Notes under the pieces: model-generated | Told to the model about the DNA's origin: nothing | The model's database searches: none | What the model saw: the letters and a program-made list of their open reading frames with translations, nothing else | Program-made: the position numbers and the translations under genes | Source of the DNA: Octopus sinensis | Taxonomy: Eukaryota | Direction of reading: 5' to 3' | DNA: 48,686 nucleotides | Assembly (NCBI RefSeq): GCF_006345805.1 | Contig: NW_021834504.1 | Span: 1-48,686, forward strand | Shown here: piece after piece, positions 1 through 11,510 of the stretch | Position numbering within the stretch: position 1 is the stretch's first letter | How the letters are laid out: each line of letters starts with the position of its first letter

Positions 1-140
1 GGGGATTAACACATACTTTAAGAAATTATTATTTCTTATATTTAATTGTTTGTTATGACTTTATTTACTCCATGTACCCAGACTTTGTAAACACCCTGTA
101 TATATATATACATATATATATACATGTATATATATACATG

Positions 141-182
<42 letters not shown>

Positions 183-281
183 TGTGTGTGTGTGTGCATG
201 GATTGGTACTTCTAATGCTCTCGCCCTCATCTCTGTCTCTAAAATTCCGTTATTCAAGCCCTTTTCACTATACGAATTCAA

Positions 282-512
282 GGCGGCGAGCTGGCAGAAA
301 CGTTAGCACGCAGGACGAAATGCGTAGCCGTATTTCGTCTGTCGTTACGTTCCGAGTTCAAATTCCGCCGAGGTCGACTTTGCCTTTCATCCTTTCGCGG
401 TCGATTAAATAAGTACCAGTTACGCACTGGGGTCGATATAATCGACTTAATCCGTTTGTCTGTCCTTGTTTGTCCTCTCTGTGTTTAGCCCCTTGTGGGT
501 AGTAAAGAAATA
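282..512 (+). mobile_element. SINE family A, full-length copy
   Basis: Starts ggcggcgagctggcagaaacgttagc, has B-box-like gagttcaaattcc and ends aaagaaata. More than 10 related copies in the window (e.g. 30679, 35041). Confidence 0.85.
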
Positions 513-624
513 TATCTGCTTTTAACTCTCCATTTCTTATTCTCTCTCTCATCCTATATTTCTTTTCTTCTCTATAGTCCTCTGCATCTATTTCTTTCCC
601 GTTCCCTCTGGGTCCTCCTCCCTG

Positions 625-662
<38 letters not shown>

Positions 663-1066
663 AAAAAGCATGTACACATTAGCTTTCCTGCTCAATTAAT
701 TACTTCTAATCCCTGTCGTTATTCTAGAGGTGAGACATTATTATTATGAAGGTCGTTTGTCAATATACTCTGACACGAACTGACAATGTGATCTGCTTGC
801 TAATTTGTCTGAGTGGACAGTTTAATCCAGGCGTGTTTACTAACGAACCTAAACATCATTGGTTCGTACACTGGTACAACCGAGTGAATCAATGCATAGG
901 GATATTTTTAGCATTTTTTGCTCTCTGTTATTGTATTTGTGTTGAGGTGTAAATCTCACGGTCAACACAAGACGCAATAAAGTCTATTGAACGGAATAAT
1001 CCGTTTATTTAAATTCACCAACATTCACACAGAAACATGCATAGAAATATGTGTGCCTGTATATAT

Positions 1067-1147
<81 letters not shown>

Positions 1148-1173
1148 TATATATCATATATATATTGTGCGTA

Positions 1174-1214
<41 letters not shown>

Positions 1215-1231
1215 GTATATATATATATATA

Positions 1232-1992
1232 TTGAGTAACAATGAAGGGTGAAATTAATTAATTTTGGAATAATTATCAATTACACCAAGTAGTCTTCGG
1301 CATGTAAAAGCCTCATTCGAGGAAAAAATTTAAGTAATACTAAGCAATTAAGGGTTTAGCAACGAATTGCCTTACCACACACCGAATTAGAAATAGCAGT
1401 CAAAGAGATTATAGCTATTTCTTCTACTAAGAGGGAGATCACAGTAAAGGCACAGCATTTGAAAGGCAAACACAAACAGGTAAGAAAGAATGAATTAACG
1501 GCAATCTATCATACAGTTTTAAGTCACCCACGGACGTACTTTTCGAGATCAAGTCTTAGGAAAGCATAAGAATTAGATAACTCTACCTTACCCAGACTTT
1601 TTCTTTCATCAGCGCAGGATACAAACAATCATGAATGATTGAATATTGAATACTTAAATTTTCCTCGAATGAGGCTTTTACATGCCGAAGACTACTTGGT
1701 GTAATTGATAATTATTCCAAATTAATTAATTTCACTCTTCATTGTTACTCATAACTATATTCATCCCAGTAAATGACCACAGCACTTTGTCTTGGCTACA
1801 CGCGGGTGGGAAGGGATTGGTGACACAAGCTTTCATTCATACTTTGAATTTGGTGATACTAGCTGTGGCTTCTAGCTCGCTCTGATACTGAGTTGAGTTG
1901 GTGCCTTCTAGTATCTCAAAATTCAATATTCAATCATTCATGATTGTTTGTATCCTGCGTTGATGAAAGAAAAAGTCTGGGTAAGGTAGAGT

Positions 1993-1995
<3 letters not shown>
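1232..1995. repeat. Fold-back repeat of a circularly permuted ~590-bp unit, Penelope pLTR/retrozyme-like, flanked by (TA)n
   Basis: 1232-1335 is the reverse complement of 1651-1751, and about 1575-1650 of about 1922-1995. Contains an HHR-like motif on the minus strand. Confidence 0.75.
1527..1618 (-). ncRNA. Type I hammerhead ribozyme-like motif, mutated
   Basis: Minus strand: CCUGCG CUGAUGA aAGA aa AAGUCU...AGACUU ga UCUc GAAA AGUAC GUC CGUGGG. Core intact. Deviates at 10.1 (A instead of G) and 15.2 (A; a C would give the palindrome ACGUACGU). Confidence 0.6.
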
Positions 1996-2046
<51 letters not shown>

Positions 2047-2048
<2 letters not shown>

Positions 2049-2200
2049 TGGAGAAAAGTCAAGGGAGGAAGTGCTAAAGTCATTTTTAAAAAAGCATTTT
2101 TTCAGTACCGTTTCGGTCACTAAGACTTTAAGTATGGAAAACAATTTTTTTTGGAAAAATTAAGTGGAAATTCTATTACAATATTTGCAGAGTATTCAAA
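2047..2200 (-). mobile_element. Decayed Penelope pLTR end with HHR relic
   Basis: Minus strand gaccgaaacggtactgaaa...tttagcacttcctcccttgacttttc resembles 27435-27505 at the 3' end of the Penelope element. Confidence 0.5.
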
Positions 2201-2277
2201 GACAAGGGGCATTTTATTTCTTTCTGCCTGTGTCTCTTGTTTACTCGACGTATGATATGTATATAACACATTATAAT

Positions 2278-2349
<72 letters not shown>

Positions 2350-2359
2350 CTTTTATTCT

Positions 2360-2742
2360 TCTTTTACTGTTTCAGTCATTGACTGCGGCCATGCTGGAGC
2401 ACCGCTTTAGTCGAGCAAATCGACCCCGGGACTTATCTTGGTAAGCTCAGTACTTATTCTATCGGTCTATTTTGCCGAACCGCAAAGGGACGGGGACGTA
2501 AACACACCGCATCGGTTGTCAAGCAATGCTAGGGGGACAAACACAGACTCACACACACATACATATATATATATATATTATACATATATACGACAGGCTT
2601 CTTTCAGTTCCGTCTACCAAATCCACTCACAAGGCATTGGTCGCCAGGGGCTATAGCAGAAGACACTTGCCCAAGATGCCACGCAGTGGGACTGAACCCG
2701 CAGCCATGTGGTTGGTTAGCAAGCTACTTACCACACAGCCAC
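2360..2742 (-). mobile_element. SINE family B (tRNA head, CORE-like segment, internal microsatellite, 3' tail)
   Basis: Reverse complement of the 43007-43410 copy; head gtggctgtgtggtaagtagcttg...ggttcagtcccactgcg...ttgggcaagtgtcttc. Confidence 0.85.
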
Positions 2743-2985
2743 ATATATATATATATATATATATAATATATATATTATATATATATATGATGTATGTGTA
2801 TATATATTATATATATATAATATATATATGCATAATAAATATAAGAGAGTGGTCACTATATGGCTCACTCTAGCACCAGTTAATCCAAAAGGTTTCAACC
2901 ACAAAGATACATGTTTCCCATGAAAGTCAGTACGATTGTTAGCTCACACGGACAGGGCAAATAAAAAATAACAAAATACAGATTA

Positions 2986-3067
2986 TTTTGGGACAATTGT
3001 TTCGCTATTAATGAATTAAATGTAATTTTACTTACAAAAAATCCACTTGTTAGCTCGTCAGCCAAAA
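2986..3067 (-). ncRNA. Type I hammerhead ribozyme, copy 1
   Basis: Minus strand: UUUUGG CUGACGA GCUA-(43 nt)-UAGC GAAAC AAUU GUC CCAAAA. Canonical core, 6-bp stem I, G10.1-C11.1 pair, palindromic stem III ACAAUUGU, GUC cleavage triplet. Confidence 0.88.
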
Positions 3068-3516
3068 CTATCTGGATGAAATCCACTCAATCACACGCCA
3101 GATTTTACCATAACGATAAATACGCGTGTGGTTCAATTGATTACATCCGACGTTATAATTCAAATGCCCCAACTAACAGCGCGCCAAACTTTCACGGAAA
3201 ACAAATACTGCATTAAGAAATAAATGCAGCATAATATAATTAATTAATAAGGGTGAGAGAATTAGATACTAATTTAATAGTATATCTATTCAACACCAAG
3301 TGGCCTAGTGCTCCGAGAAACCTGGATTATTATAATATTTTATAATATATTATAATATTTTTACAAAATAAATATAAGAGAGTGGTCACTATATGGCTCA
3401 CTCTAGCACCAGTTAATCCAAAAGGTTTCAACCACAAAATACATGTTTCCCATGAAAGTCAGTACGATTGTTAGCTCACACGGACAGGGCAAATAAAAAA
3501 TAACAAAAATAGATTA

Positions 3517-3597
3517 TTTTGGGACAATTGTTTCGCTATTAATGAATTAAATGTAATTTTACTTACAAAAAATCCACTTGTAGCTCGTCAGCCAAAA
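3517..3597 (-). ncRNA. Type I hammerhead ribozyme, copy 2
   Basis: Same motif as copy 1 with a 1-nt shorter stem II insert; predicted C17 at plus-strand 3523. Confidence 0.88.
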
Positions 3598-4047
3598 CTA
3601 TCTGGATGAAATCCACTCAATCACACGCCAGATTTTACCATAACGATAAATACGCGTGTGGTTCAATTGATACATCCGACGTTATAATTCAAATGCCCCA
3701 ACTAACAGCGCGCCAAACTTTCACGGAAAACAAATACTGCATTAAGAAATAAATGCAGCATAATTATATTAATTAATAAGGGTGAGAGAATTAGATACTA
3801 ATTTAATAGTATATCTATTCAACACCAAGTGGCCTAGTGCTCCGAGAAACCTGGATTATTATAATATTTTATAATATATTATAATATTTTTACACAAAAT
3901 AAATATAAGAGAGTGGTCACTATATGGCTCACTCTAGCACCAGTTAATCCAAAAGGTTTCAACCACAAAGATACATGTTTCCCATGAAAGTCAGTACGAT
4001 TGTTAGCTCACACGGACAGGGCAAATAAAAAATAACAAAAATAGATT

Positions 4048-4128
4048 TTTTGGGACAATTGTTTCGCTATTAATGAATTAAATGTAATTTTACTTACAAA
4101 AAATCCACTTGTAGCTCGTCAGCCAAAA
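4048..4128 (-). ncRNA. Type I hammerhead ribozyme, copy 3
   Basis: Same motif; predicted C17 at plus-strand 4054. Confidence 0.88.
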
Positions 4129-4568
4129 CTATCTGGATGAAATCCACTCAATCACACGCCAGATTTTACCATAACGATAAATACGCGTGTGGTTCAATTG
4201 ATTACATCCGACGTTATAATTCAAATGCCCCAACTAACAGCGCGCCAAACTTTCACGGAAAACAAATACTGCATTAAGAAATAAATGCAGCATAATTATA
4301 ATTAATTAATAAGGGGAGAGAATTAGATACTAATTTAATAGTATATATATTCAACACCAAGTGGCCTAGTGCTCCGAGAAACCTGGATTATTATAATATT
4401 TTATAATATATTATAATATTTTTACAAAATAAATATAAGAGAGTGGTCACTATATGGCTCACTCTAGCACCAGTAATCCAAAAGGTTTCAACCACAAAGA
4501 TACATGTTTCCCATGAAAGTCAGTACGATTGTTAGCTCACACGGACAGGGCAAATAAAAATAACAAAA

Positions 4569-4835
4569 TTTGTTATTTTTTATTTGCCTGTCCGTGTGAG
4601 CTAACAATCGTACTGACTTTCATGGGAAACATGTATCTTTGTGGTTGAAACCTTTTGGATAAACTGGTGCTAGAGTGAGCCATATAGTGACCACTCTCTA
4701 TATTTATTTTTAAAATATATAATATATTATAAAATATTATAATAATCCAGGTTTTCGGAGCACTAGGCCACTTGGTGTTGAATAGATATACTATTAAATT
4801 AGTATCTAATTCTCTCACCCTTATAATTAATTATA
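4569..4835 (+). repeat. Inverted partial copy of the 531-bp unit (fold-back arm)
   Basis: Reverse complement of about 4300-4568, centred on taacaaa-a-tttgtta; ends in (TA)n. Confidence 0.92.
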
Positions 4836-4837
4836 TA

Positions 4838-4895
<58 letters not shown>

Positions 4896-5057
4896 TATAT
4901 ATATATATATATCTTATATATATAGATATATATTATAAAGTTAATCCAAACAAGAAAACACAGAAAAAAAGAGAAAAAAAAGAGAAAAAAAAACACAGCA
5001 ACGCGAGGACGTGGAACAATTAAAGTATATTGACGCTCAGGAAAGAAGGGAAGGAGG

Positions 5058-5092
5058 GTTTAACGTTTCGAGCGGAGCTCTTCGTCGGAAAC
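5058..5092 (-). ncRNA. Minimal HHR-like motif in a Penelope-type end fragment (about 4960-5112)
   Basis: Minus strand: GUUU CCGACGA A GAGC ucc GCUC GAAAC GU U AAAC; U4C change, extra A after A9, ACGU palindromic stem III. Confidence 0.55.
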
Positions 5093-5227
5093 AAAAAGAA
5101 GGAAAGATCCCATATTATATATACATATATATATGTGTATATATATATATATATGCATATATACATATATATATATATATATATTATATATACATAGATA
5201 TGTATGTATATATATATATGTCTTTTA

Positions 5228-5440
5228 GCTTTTACTTGTTTCAGTCATTAGATTGTGCCCATACTGGTGCACTGCCTCGTAAGATTTTAGTCCAATGAAT
5301 CCATCCAGCTACTTTTGTCTTTAAAACCTGGTATATATTCTATCGTTCTATTTTGTCGAACCACTAAGTTACGGGGAAGTAAGCACACCAACTTCAGTTG
5401 TCAAGCGGCGATGGGGACACACACAGACACACACCCAACA
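5228..5440 (-). mobile_element. SINE family B, 3' tail portion
   Basis: ttgtttcagtcattagattgtgcccatactgg...gttgtcaagcggcgatgggg matches the tails at 2360 and 43200. Confidence 0.75.
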
Positions 5441-5548
5441 TGCACAACCCCACCCATATATATAAATATATATATAAAGAGAGAGAGAGATTTCACACAA
5501 CCAAGCATGCGCTTATATGTGCGTTTGTGTGTATGTGTGTGTGTGCAT

Positions 5549-5712
5549 AGACGCGGGTGTGGCTGTGTGGTAAGAAGCTTGCTTCCCAACTACATGGTTC
5601 CAGGTTCAGTCCCACTGCGGAGCACCTTTGCAAGTGTCTTCTACTATAGACACGGGCCTACCAAAACCTTGTGAATGGATTTGATAGACGGAAACTGAAA
5701 GAAGCCCGTCGC

Positions 5713-5785
<73 letters not shown>

Positions 5786-5972
5786 TGTATGTATGTATGT
5801 ATGCATGTATGTATTTGTATGTATTTGTGTATCTGTGTTTGTACACCCCCCCCGCCATCGCTTGATAACCGATGTCGGTGTGTTTACGTCCCAGTAACTT
5901 AGCGGTTCGGTAAAAGAGAGAATAAATCATGGCCGCAGTCAAATGACTGAAACAATTAGAAGAATAAAAGAA
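5549..5972 (+). mobile_element. SINE family B, near full length
   Basis: tRNA-like head, gcaagtgtcttctactatag segment, (TA)/(TATG) centre, tail ending gcagtcaaatgactgaaac. Confidence 0.85.
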
Positions 5973-6089
5973 TGTGTGTGTGTGTGTGTGTGTGTGTAGG
6001 GAGAATTCACAAAAAAAAAACAAAAGACGAAGGCAGGTGCTGTAGACAACAAACAGATGTATTAGTATAACGCTCGGGAAGCGAAAAAG

Positions 6090-6127
6090 CCTTTAACGTT
6101 TCGAGCCTACGCTCTTCCACAGAAAGG
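6090..6127 (-). ncRNA. Minimal HHR-like motif (U at core position 6) in an interspersed repeat (about 5996-6165)
   Basis: Minus strand: CCUUU CUGUGGA A GAGC guag GCUC GAAAC GU U AAAGG; homologous to 28365-28400. Confidence 0.5.
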
Positions 6128-6829
6128 AACACAGAAAGAAACAAGGAGAGAAAATAAAGAATGCGTAGCGGCTAGTGATCACGCTGCGCCCAGTTACATA
6201 CGCGTATGTGTATGCACGCAAACATACTTATCACATACACATTGCTCATGCCTACACACACAAATGTATACGCACATGCAGTCACATATATATATATATA
6301 CACACAAACGCATGTATTGCACTGACACATACAAACATTCACAGGTTCACAGGCAAACCACCCTCGCGTGTAACCGTTCTACTAATGTTCTCCCAGTTAG
6401 ATTCCACTGTCTGCTAGATACCATTTAATATTACAATTGGCAGCGATTGCATCCTTCTATTGGCATCGAATTCTTGTGAAATACTCCGAATTACAAGTAT
6501 TTAGAGCCCCGAACTAGTTACACCTGTTGAAAGATAACTGCTGAGAAGCGGTCCTTCCTCTGTGATGCATTGCAGCTGGATACCTACCAACAATCTGTCT
6601 TATTTTTATGTGTCCCAACACTGTTACCTTCTCATGTACACACTCACACATACACTCACGCACACACTCTCACACATACATACACTTAGACACACAGACA
6701 CACACACACACAGACACACACACACACACATACAAATACACATTTTACTTAGCAGGAGTTATATAAACACTCAGCATAGATCAATGTTAAACTCTACATC
6801 CTAGCTCGTTCTGTCAGAAATAGCAAGCA

Positions 6830-6894
6830 AATCTCTCTCTCCTTTTCTCTCTTTATCTTTATCTCTCTCTTTCTCTCTCTCTTACTCTCTCTCT

Positions 6895-6957
<63 letters not shown>
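6830..6957. repeat. (CT)n microsatellite
   Basis: Direct reading. Confidence 0.95.
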
Positions 6958-6958
<1 letters not shown>

Positions 6959-7756
6959 TTCTCTGTCGTCTTAAAAAGAAAAAATGAAAGCACTGGAAAA
7001 TTTAGACCTAGAAACTCTGAAAAACAAAGATGGGATGGTCACGACTAGAATTCCTTTGATTATCAGAACATAGAACTGACCTAGGGCTAAACAGTAACAC
7101 TAACAAATTACATGTGCCTCGATTACAATATTAAAATTTCAATTATTTCAATCATGTTCTTTGATCACTAACAAAAGACTATATTGTAATGCCTGGTTAC
7201 GAACAGAAAACTATATTGTAATGCCGGAAATCGTGGATTTTTGAACAAACCTTTCTGAAATTATGACCAGAAACTAATTTAAACAGACCAAGAGAAAAAT
7301 TAGAACCTTAATGGTTTGTGTTCTATTGTAGATCAAATATCCTACAAGACCAGTTATTTAACTGTGATTCCCAGGATATTAAATGAAGGCGGGATAAATG
7401 TAAAGATTAGATTTAAGTCAATGGTAACTTCCCCTGAATATCTTGGTATTAATCCCGGTGCCAGAGAAATAGAATTAAGAGATATAATCGGAACAGTTGG
7501 GGGAAAATGGCTGAGATATAAATTGTCGTTAATAAGGCAATTTATTTTATTAATTTTTGTCTATGGAAGTTTTTAATTACTTTCAAAAGCAGCAAAAAAG
7601 TAATTATTAATTTAGTTGACAAACATATTTAATTGAATTCTGAGTATTTTGCGGATGTTGGATGTAAAAAGGATATTAGTTTAAGACCTAGCTTTTAATA
7701 TATTGATCTATCGATTGTTTCTGACTGAGGGAAGAGAATTGACTGGTACATATTTT

Positions 7757-8045
7757 GTTCCTTCTCGAGCCATGCCTGGCTCATTAGGGCCGGTTTCCTG
7801 GTTTCCGTGAAGTATAGGTTCCCCACCTAGACGGGACGCCGGTTTGTCGCAGGTGAGCTGCAAGATGCAAGAGGAAAGTGTGAGAGAAAGTTGTGGCGAA
7901 AGAGTCAGCAGAAGTTCGCCATTACCTTCTGCTGGAGCCGCGTGGAGCTTAGGTGTTTCGCTCATAAACACACACATCGCCCGGTCTGAGATTCGAACCC
8001 GCGATCCCTCGACCGCGAATCTGCTGCTCTAACCACTAGGCCATG
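7757..8045 (-). mobile_element. tRNA-derived SINE family C inserted into an RTE fragment, with a 13-bp TSD
   Basis: Minus head catggcctagtggttagagc...ggttcgaatc (A/B boxes); tggtacatatttt duplicated at 7744-7756 and 8046-8058. Confidence 0.85.
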
Positions 8046-8275
8046 TGGTACATATTTTCCGTCTAACTGATCAACAGCTCTCGAAAACAACTATGACTTG
8101 GATACCATTTGACGGCAGGCGTACAAGGGGCAAGCCGAAGATCACTTGGAAGGGACAAATATTCCAAGATCATCTGAAGACAGCCAACGTGGAATGGATA
8201 TGCAAGAGCAGTAGCCGACCGAATCTTGCCGCCCAATGCGCTGCGCAGCGCAAGAAGACCTACAACTAAAGTTAA
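8046..8275 (+). pseudogene. RTE-clade LINE ORF C-terminal remnant
   Basis: VHIFRLTDQQLSKTTMTWIPFDGRRTRGKPKITW matches the RTE C-terminal pattern W-x-P-x(3)-R-x-RGRP-x-x-TW. Confidence 0.75.
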
Positions 8276-9654
8276 AAACTTGATTGGTACTTTATTTTAT
8301 AGACCCCGAAAGAATGTAAGGCAAAGATGACCTTGGTGTAACTTGAACTCAAAATTTAAAAACTTCGAACAAATACCTTGCCAGCTCCCGACTTAACGTT
8401 TATAAAGTTATGGTTTTACCTCAAGGTGATCTGTAGTTGCTGACATACAAAGAAGAATTAGGTTTTCTTAGTATTCAGCAAAATTTTTATATCAAAACTA
8501 GTTGTTAAAACATAATCTGACCTTTTTAATATAAATTCAATGCTCAGAAAACGCTTAAACGACTTTCTTGCATTTGTTATACGCGTAACGTTTAAGTCAA
8601 CGTTGCCTTCCATAATACCGAGATCGAAAAAATATAGTACTAGTTAAGTACTGGGTTCACATTATTACTTCTACAAAGCAGAATTGTGGATTGGCAGAAT
8701 CGTAAGAGGTTCGGCAAAAATACTCTGCAGTATTTGTTCTGATCCTTTAAGGTTCTGATTTCAAATCCCTCTAATGTTATCTTTGACTTTCGTCCTTCCA
8801 GAATCAAAAGAACAAAATAAAGTATCGACCAAAAACTGAAGTCGATGTAATTGCTGGCCTTGTGTCTAAATTGAAAGCCATTATTTTCGAAAAGAGCATC
8901 CAGGAATTCTGGGAAGCTGGAGACGCGTGACTTAGGTGTTGCACTCACGATCGCCTGGATCGGGTGGCGTGTAGTGTTTTGCTCGAGCAAAACACTTCAT
9001 CTCACGTTATACTAGTGCTGTGTGGGGACTGGCACGAGAAATAATAGAACCAAAGTTTCCTCTGTATGTCATAAAAATAGGCGACTTAAAGAGGTTCAAG
9101 TAGGATTTGCGCGCCGACCTCGTAAAACCCTCACCGACTACCCAAAAGGACCCGTGGGTTGGAATGCTGCAGCCTGAGAGGTGCAAAGGTGTCATCCACC
9201 AGGAATAGTAGGAACTCACCAACAAATGGTGAATGCAGCGCCACGCTGTTACAGTGCATTACCCCATACTAATTCTAGTACATCCTAGAGGTGGATGGAA
9301 TTACTGTCGTTGATGGCATCAAAGATGCAATTTTTTTCCCAAAAAATGTACCCGAAATCACCTCGAGTCCTATATGCGAAATAGGGCCTCTCATAAGCTT
9401 TAATGCATTAAAGTTGTTTTTCCTTGAATATTCGCTGCTGAAATCAGGGCGCAACTAGTATAAACGTGCGTCTTTTATGTCATCAAATACTGTGTGTGTT
9501 TTATTGTACTACTTACCATCAACACCAACGGATGCATCCATTTCTCATCATATATATTCTCACAGCTTAAACCCCATTCAAAACGCGTTCAACAGCCCTG
9601 ATTCCTCCTGCAACCCTTTAAAATCCCTTCCCCCAATCTCTTACCTTTTATCCT

Positions 9655-9875
9655 TTATTTTTCATTTGTTTCAGTATTCAATTGCGTTCATACTGGAGCA
9701 CAGCATTGCAGAATTTATTCTTTCTTAATCGCATGAATCGGCACCAGTACTTTTTCCTATCGGCACTTATTCTATCGGTCTGTTTTGCCGAACCGCTAAG
9801 TTACGGAAACACAAACAAACCAATACCGGTTGTTAAGCGGTGGTGGAAGAAAAACACCGACACACACAAAGTGTA
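9655..9875 (-). mobile_element. SINE family B, 3' tail portion
   Basis: ctggagcacagc...ctatcggtctgttttgccgaaccgctaagttacgg matches family B tails. Confidence 0.7.
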
Positions 9876-10232
9876 AGCCGAAGTCGCCTCAGTCTAAAAA
9901 AGATTTCTTACATTGGCACAATACCAATCGTTTCCGTAGTAAGGAACGGTCATTTAAACCGAGTTCTGCGTGATCTTCACTCAGAGCCGGAAGAATCTAA
10001 TTAAGTACTGGAAGGAATTTTGTCCGACGCTTTTACCGATTCCAGCCATCCACCGCCCACTCCACCAAGCAAAATATAGCACAATACGCACTACGCATGC
10101 GCATACACCCACACGTACATAAACACGTATTATATGTGTATATTGTAAGCATGCAAGCAAGCAAGCACGCATACATATATATATAAATGTATACACACAC
10201 ACATATACATATGTACACACATATATATATAC

Positions 10233-10263
<31 letters not shown>

Positions 10264-10540
10264 CGTGCATATACACACACACATATATATGTACATAAAT
10301 ATATATATATATTTACATAAATATAGCTATACATACATACATACATATATATACATATATACATACATATACATATAAATGTATATTTATCCACACACAC
10401 ACACACTGTTTTATAAACTACACGCTTCATATATTTACATACATGTTTATATGTGAACAGGATGTAGGAATGATCTCTGCCCAGAATTATATACAAAACA
10501 CAACTTCAAAACGATCTTATACGCACGCTTAGTAAAACAG

Positions 10541-10625
<85 letters not shown>

Positions 10626-10628
<3 letters not shown>

Positions 10629-11035
10629 TATGAATGTTTCCCTTGTTTGTAGGTGATTTTGCTAGTATGTGTGTTAACAAATGTCAATGTTACAATGACG
10701 AATGGTATGCGAGGATGAAGTATTATACGGTTTAAATCAAACGAAATGCCAAAACACAACACGAAAAGGGAGACCACCCAAAGAATTCAAGAGGAGTTTA
10801 CTTCGAGCAGGCGCAGATGAGGCTATTGCAATATTTTATTTTATTGAAGTATTTTAGGTTGCCCAAGTACTTGCTCCTTCTTCATCGTATTTTTTATTCA
10901 GGAATCTCATTCACTTTTTTTATTCACGGACAAATGCCTAATAAATAACACATAAAAATATATACACGATTAATCACACACAAGTAAACATATACACACA
11001 CATGCATACCTATGTGCCTGTACATATATTATATA

Positions 11036-11080
<45 letters not shown>

Positions 11081-11510
11081 TGTGTGTGTTGTGTGTGTGT
11101 GTCTATGAATGTTTCCCTTGTTTGTAGGTGATTTTGCTAGTATGTGTGTTAACAAATGTCAATGTTACAATGACGAATGGTATGCGAGGATGAAGTATTA
11201 TACGGTTTAAATCAAACGAAATGCCAAAACACAACACGAAAAGGGAGACCACCCAAAGAATTCAAGAGGAGTTTACTTCGAGCAGGCGCAGATGAGGCTA
11301 TTGCAATATTTTATTTTATTGAAGTATTTTAGGTTGCCCAAGTACTTGCTCCTTCTTCATCGTATTTTTTATTCAGGAATCTCATTCACTTTTTTTATTC
11401 ACGGACAAATGCCTAATAAATAACACATAAAAATATATACACGATTAATCATACACAAGTAAACATATACACACACATGCATACCTATGTGTCTGTACAT
11501 ATATTATATA

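Larger units (their letters stand above)
2836..4568 (-). repeat. Tandem array of a ~531-bp HHR-bearing unit (about 3.3 copies), retrozyme/pLTR-like
   Basis: Unit start taaatataagagagtggtc recurs at 2836, 3369, 3900 and 4430; copies are near-identical. Confidence 0.95.

Noticed and set aside
1660-1705. cgaatga-ggc(ttttacat)gcc-gaagac as a second HHR in the fold-back unit
   Set aside because: G5 and A15.1 equivalents are wrong and no stem I/III forms; only stem II resembles an HHR.
2836-4568. Array considered as a CRISPR array or ordinary satellite
   Set aside because: No short repeat/unique spacer pattern; the 531-bp units are wholly repeated and contain an HHR.
7990-8045. tRNA-like A/B boxes (also about 43007-43080 and 14890-14930) as tRNA genes
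   Set aside because: They run directly into SINE bodies and lack a full cloverleaf and acceptor stem.
9000-9230. GC-richer segment resembling a LINE/SINE tail
   Set aside because: Single copy in this window with no recognisable protein motif; family cannot be supported.
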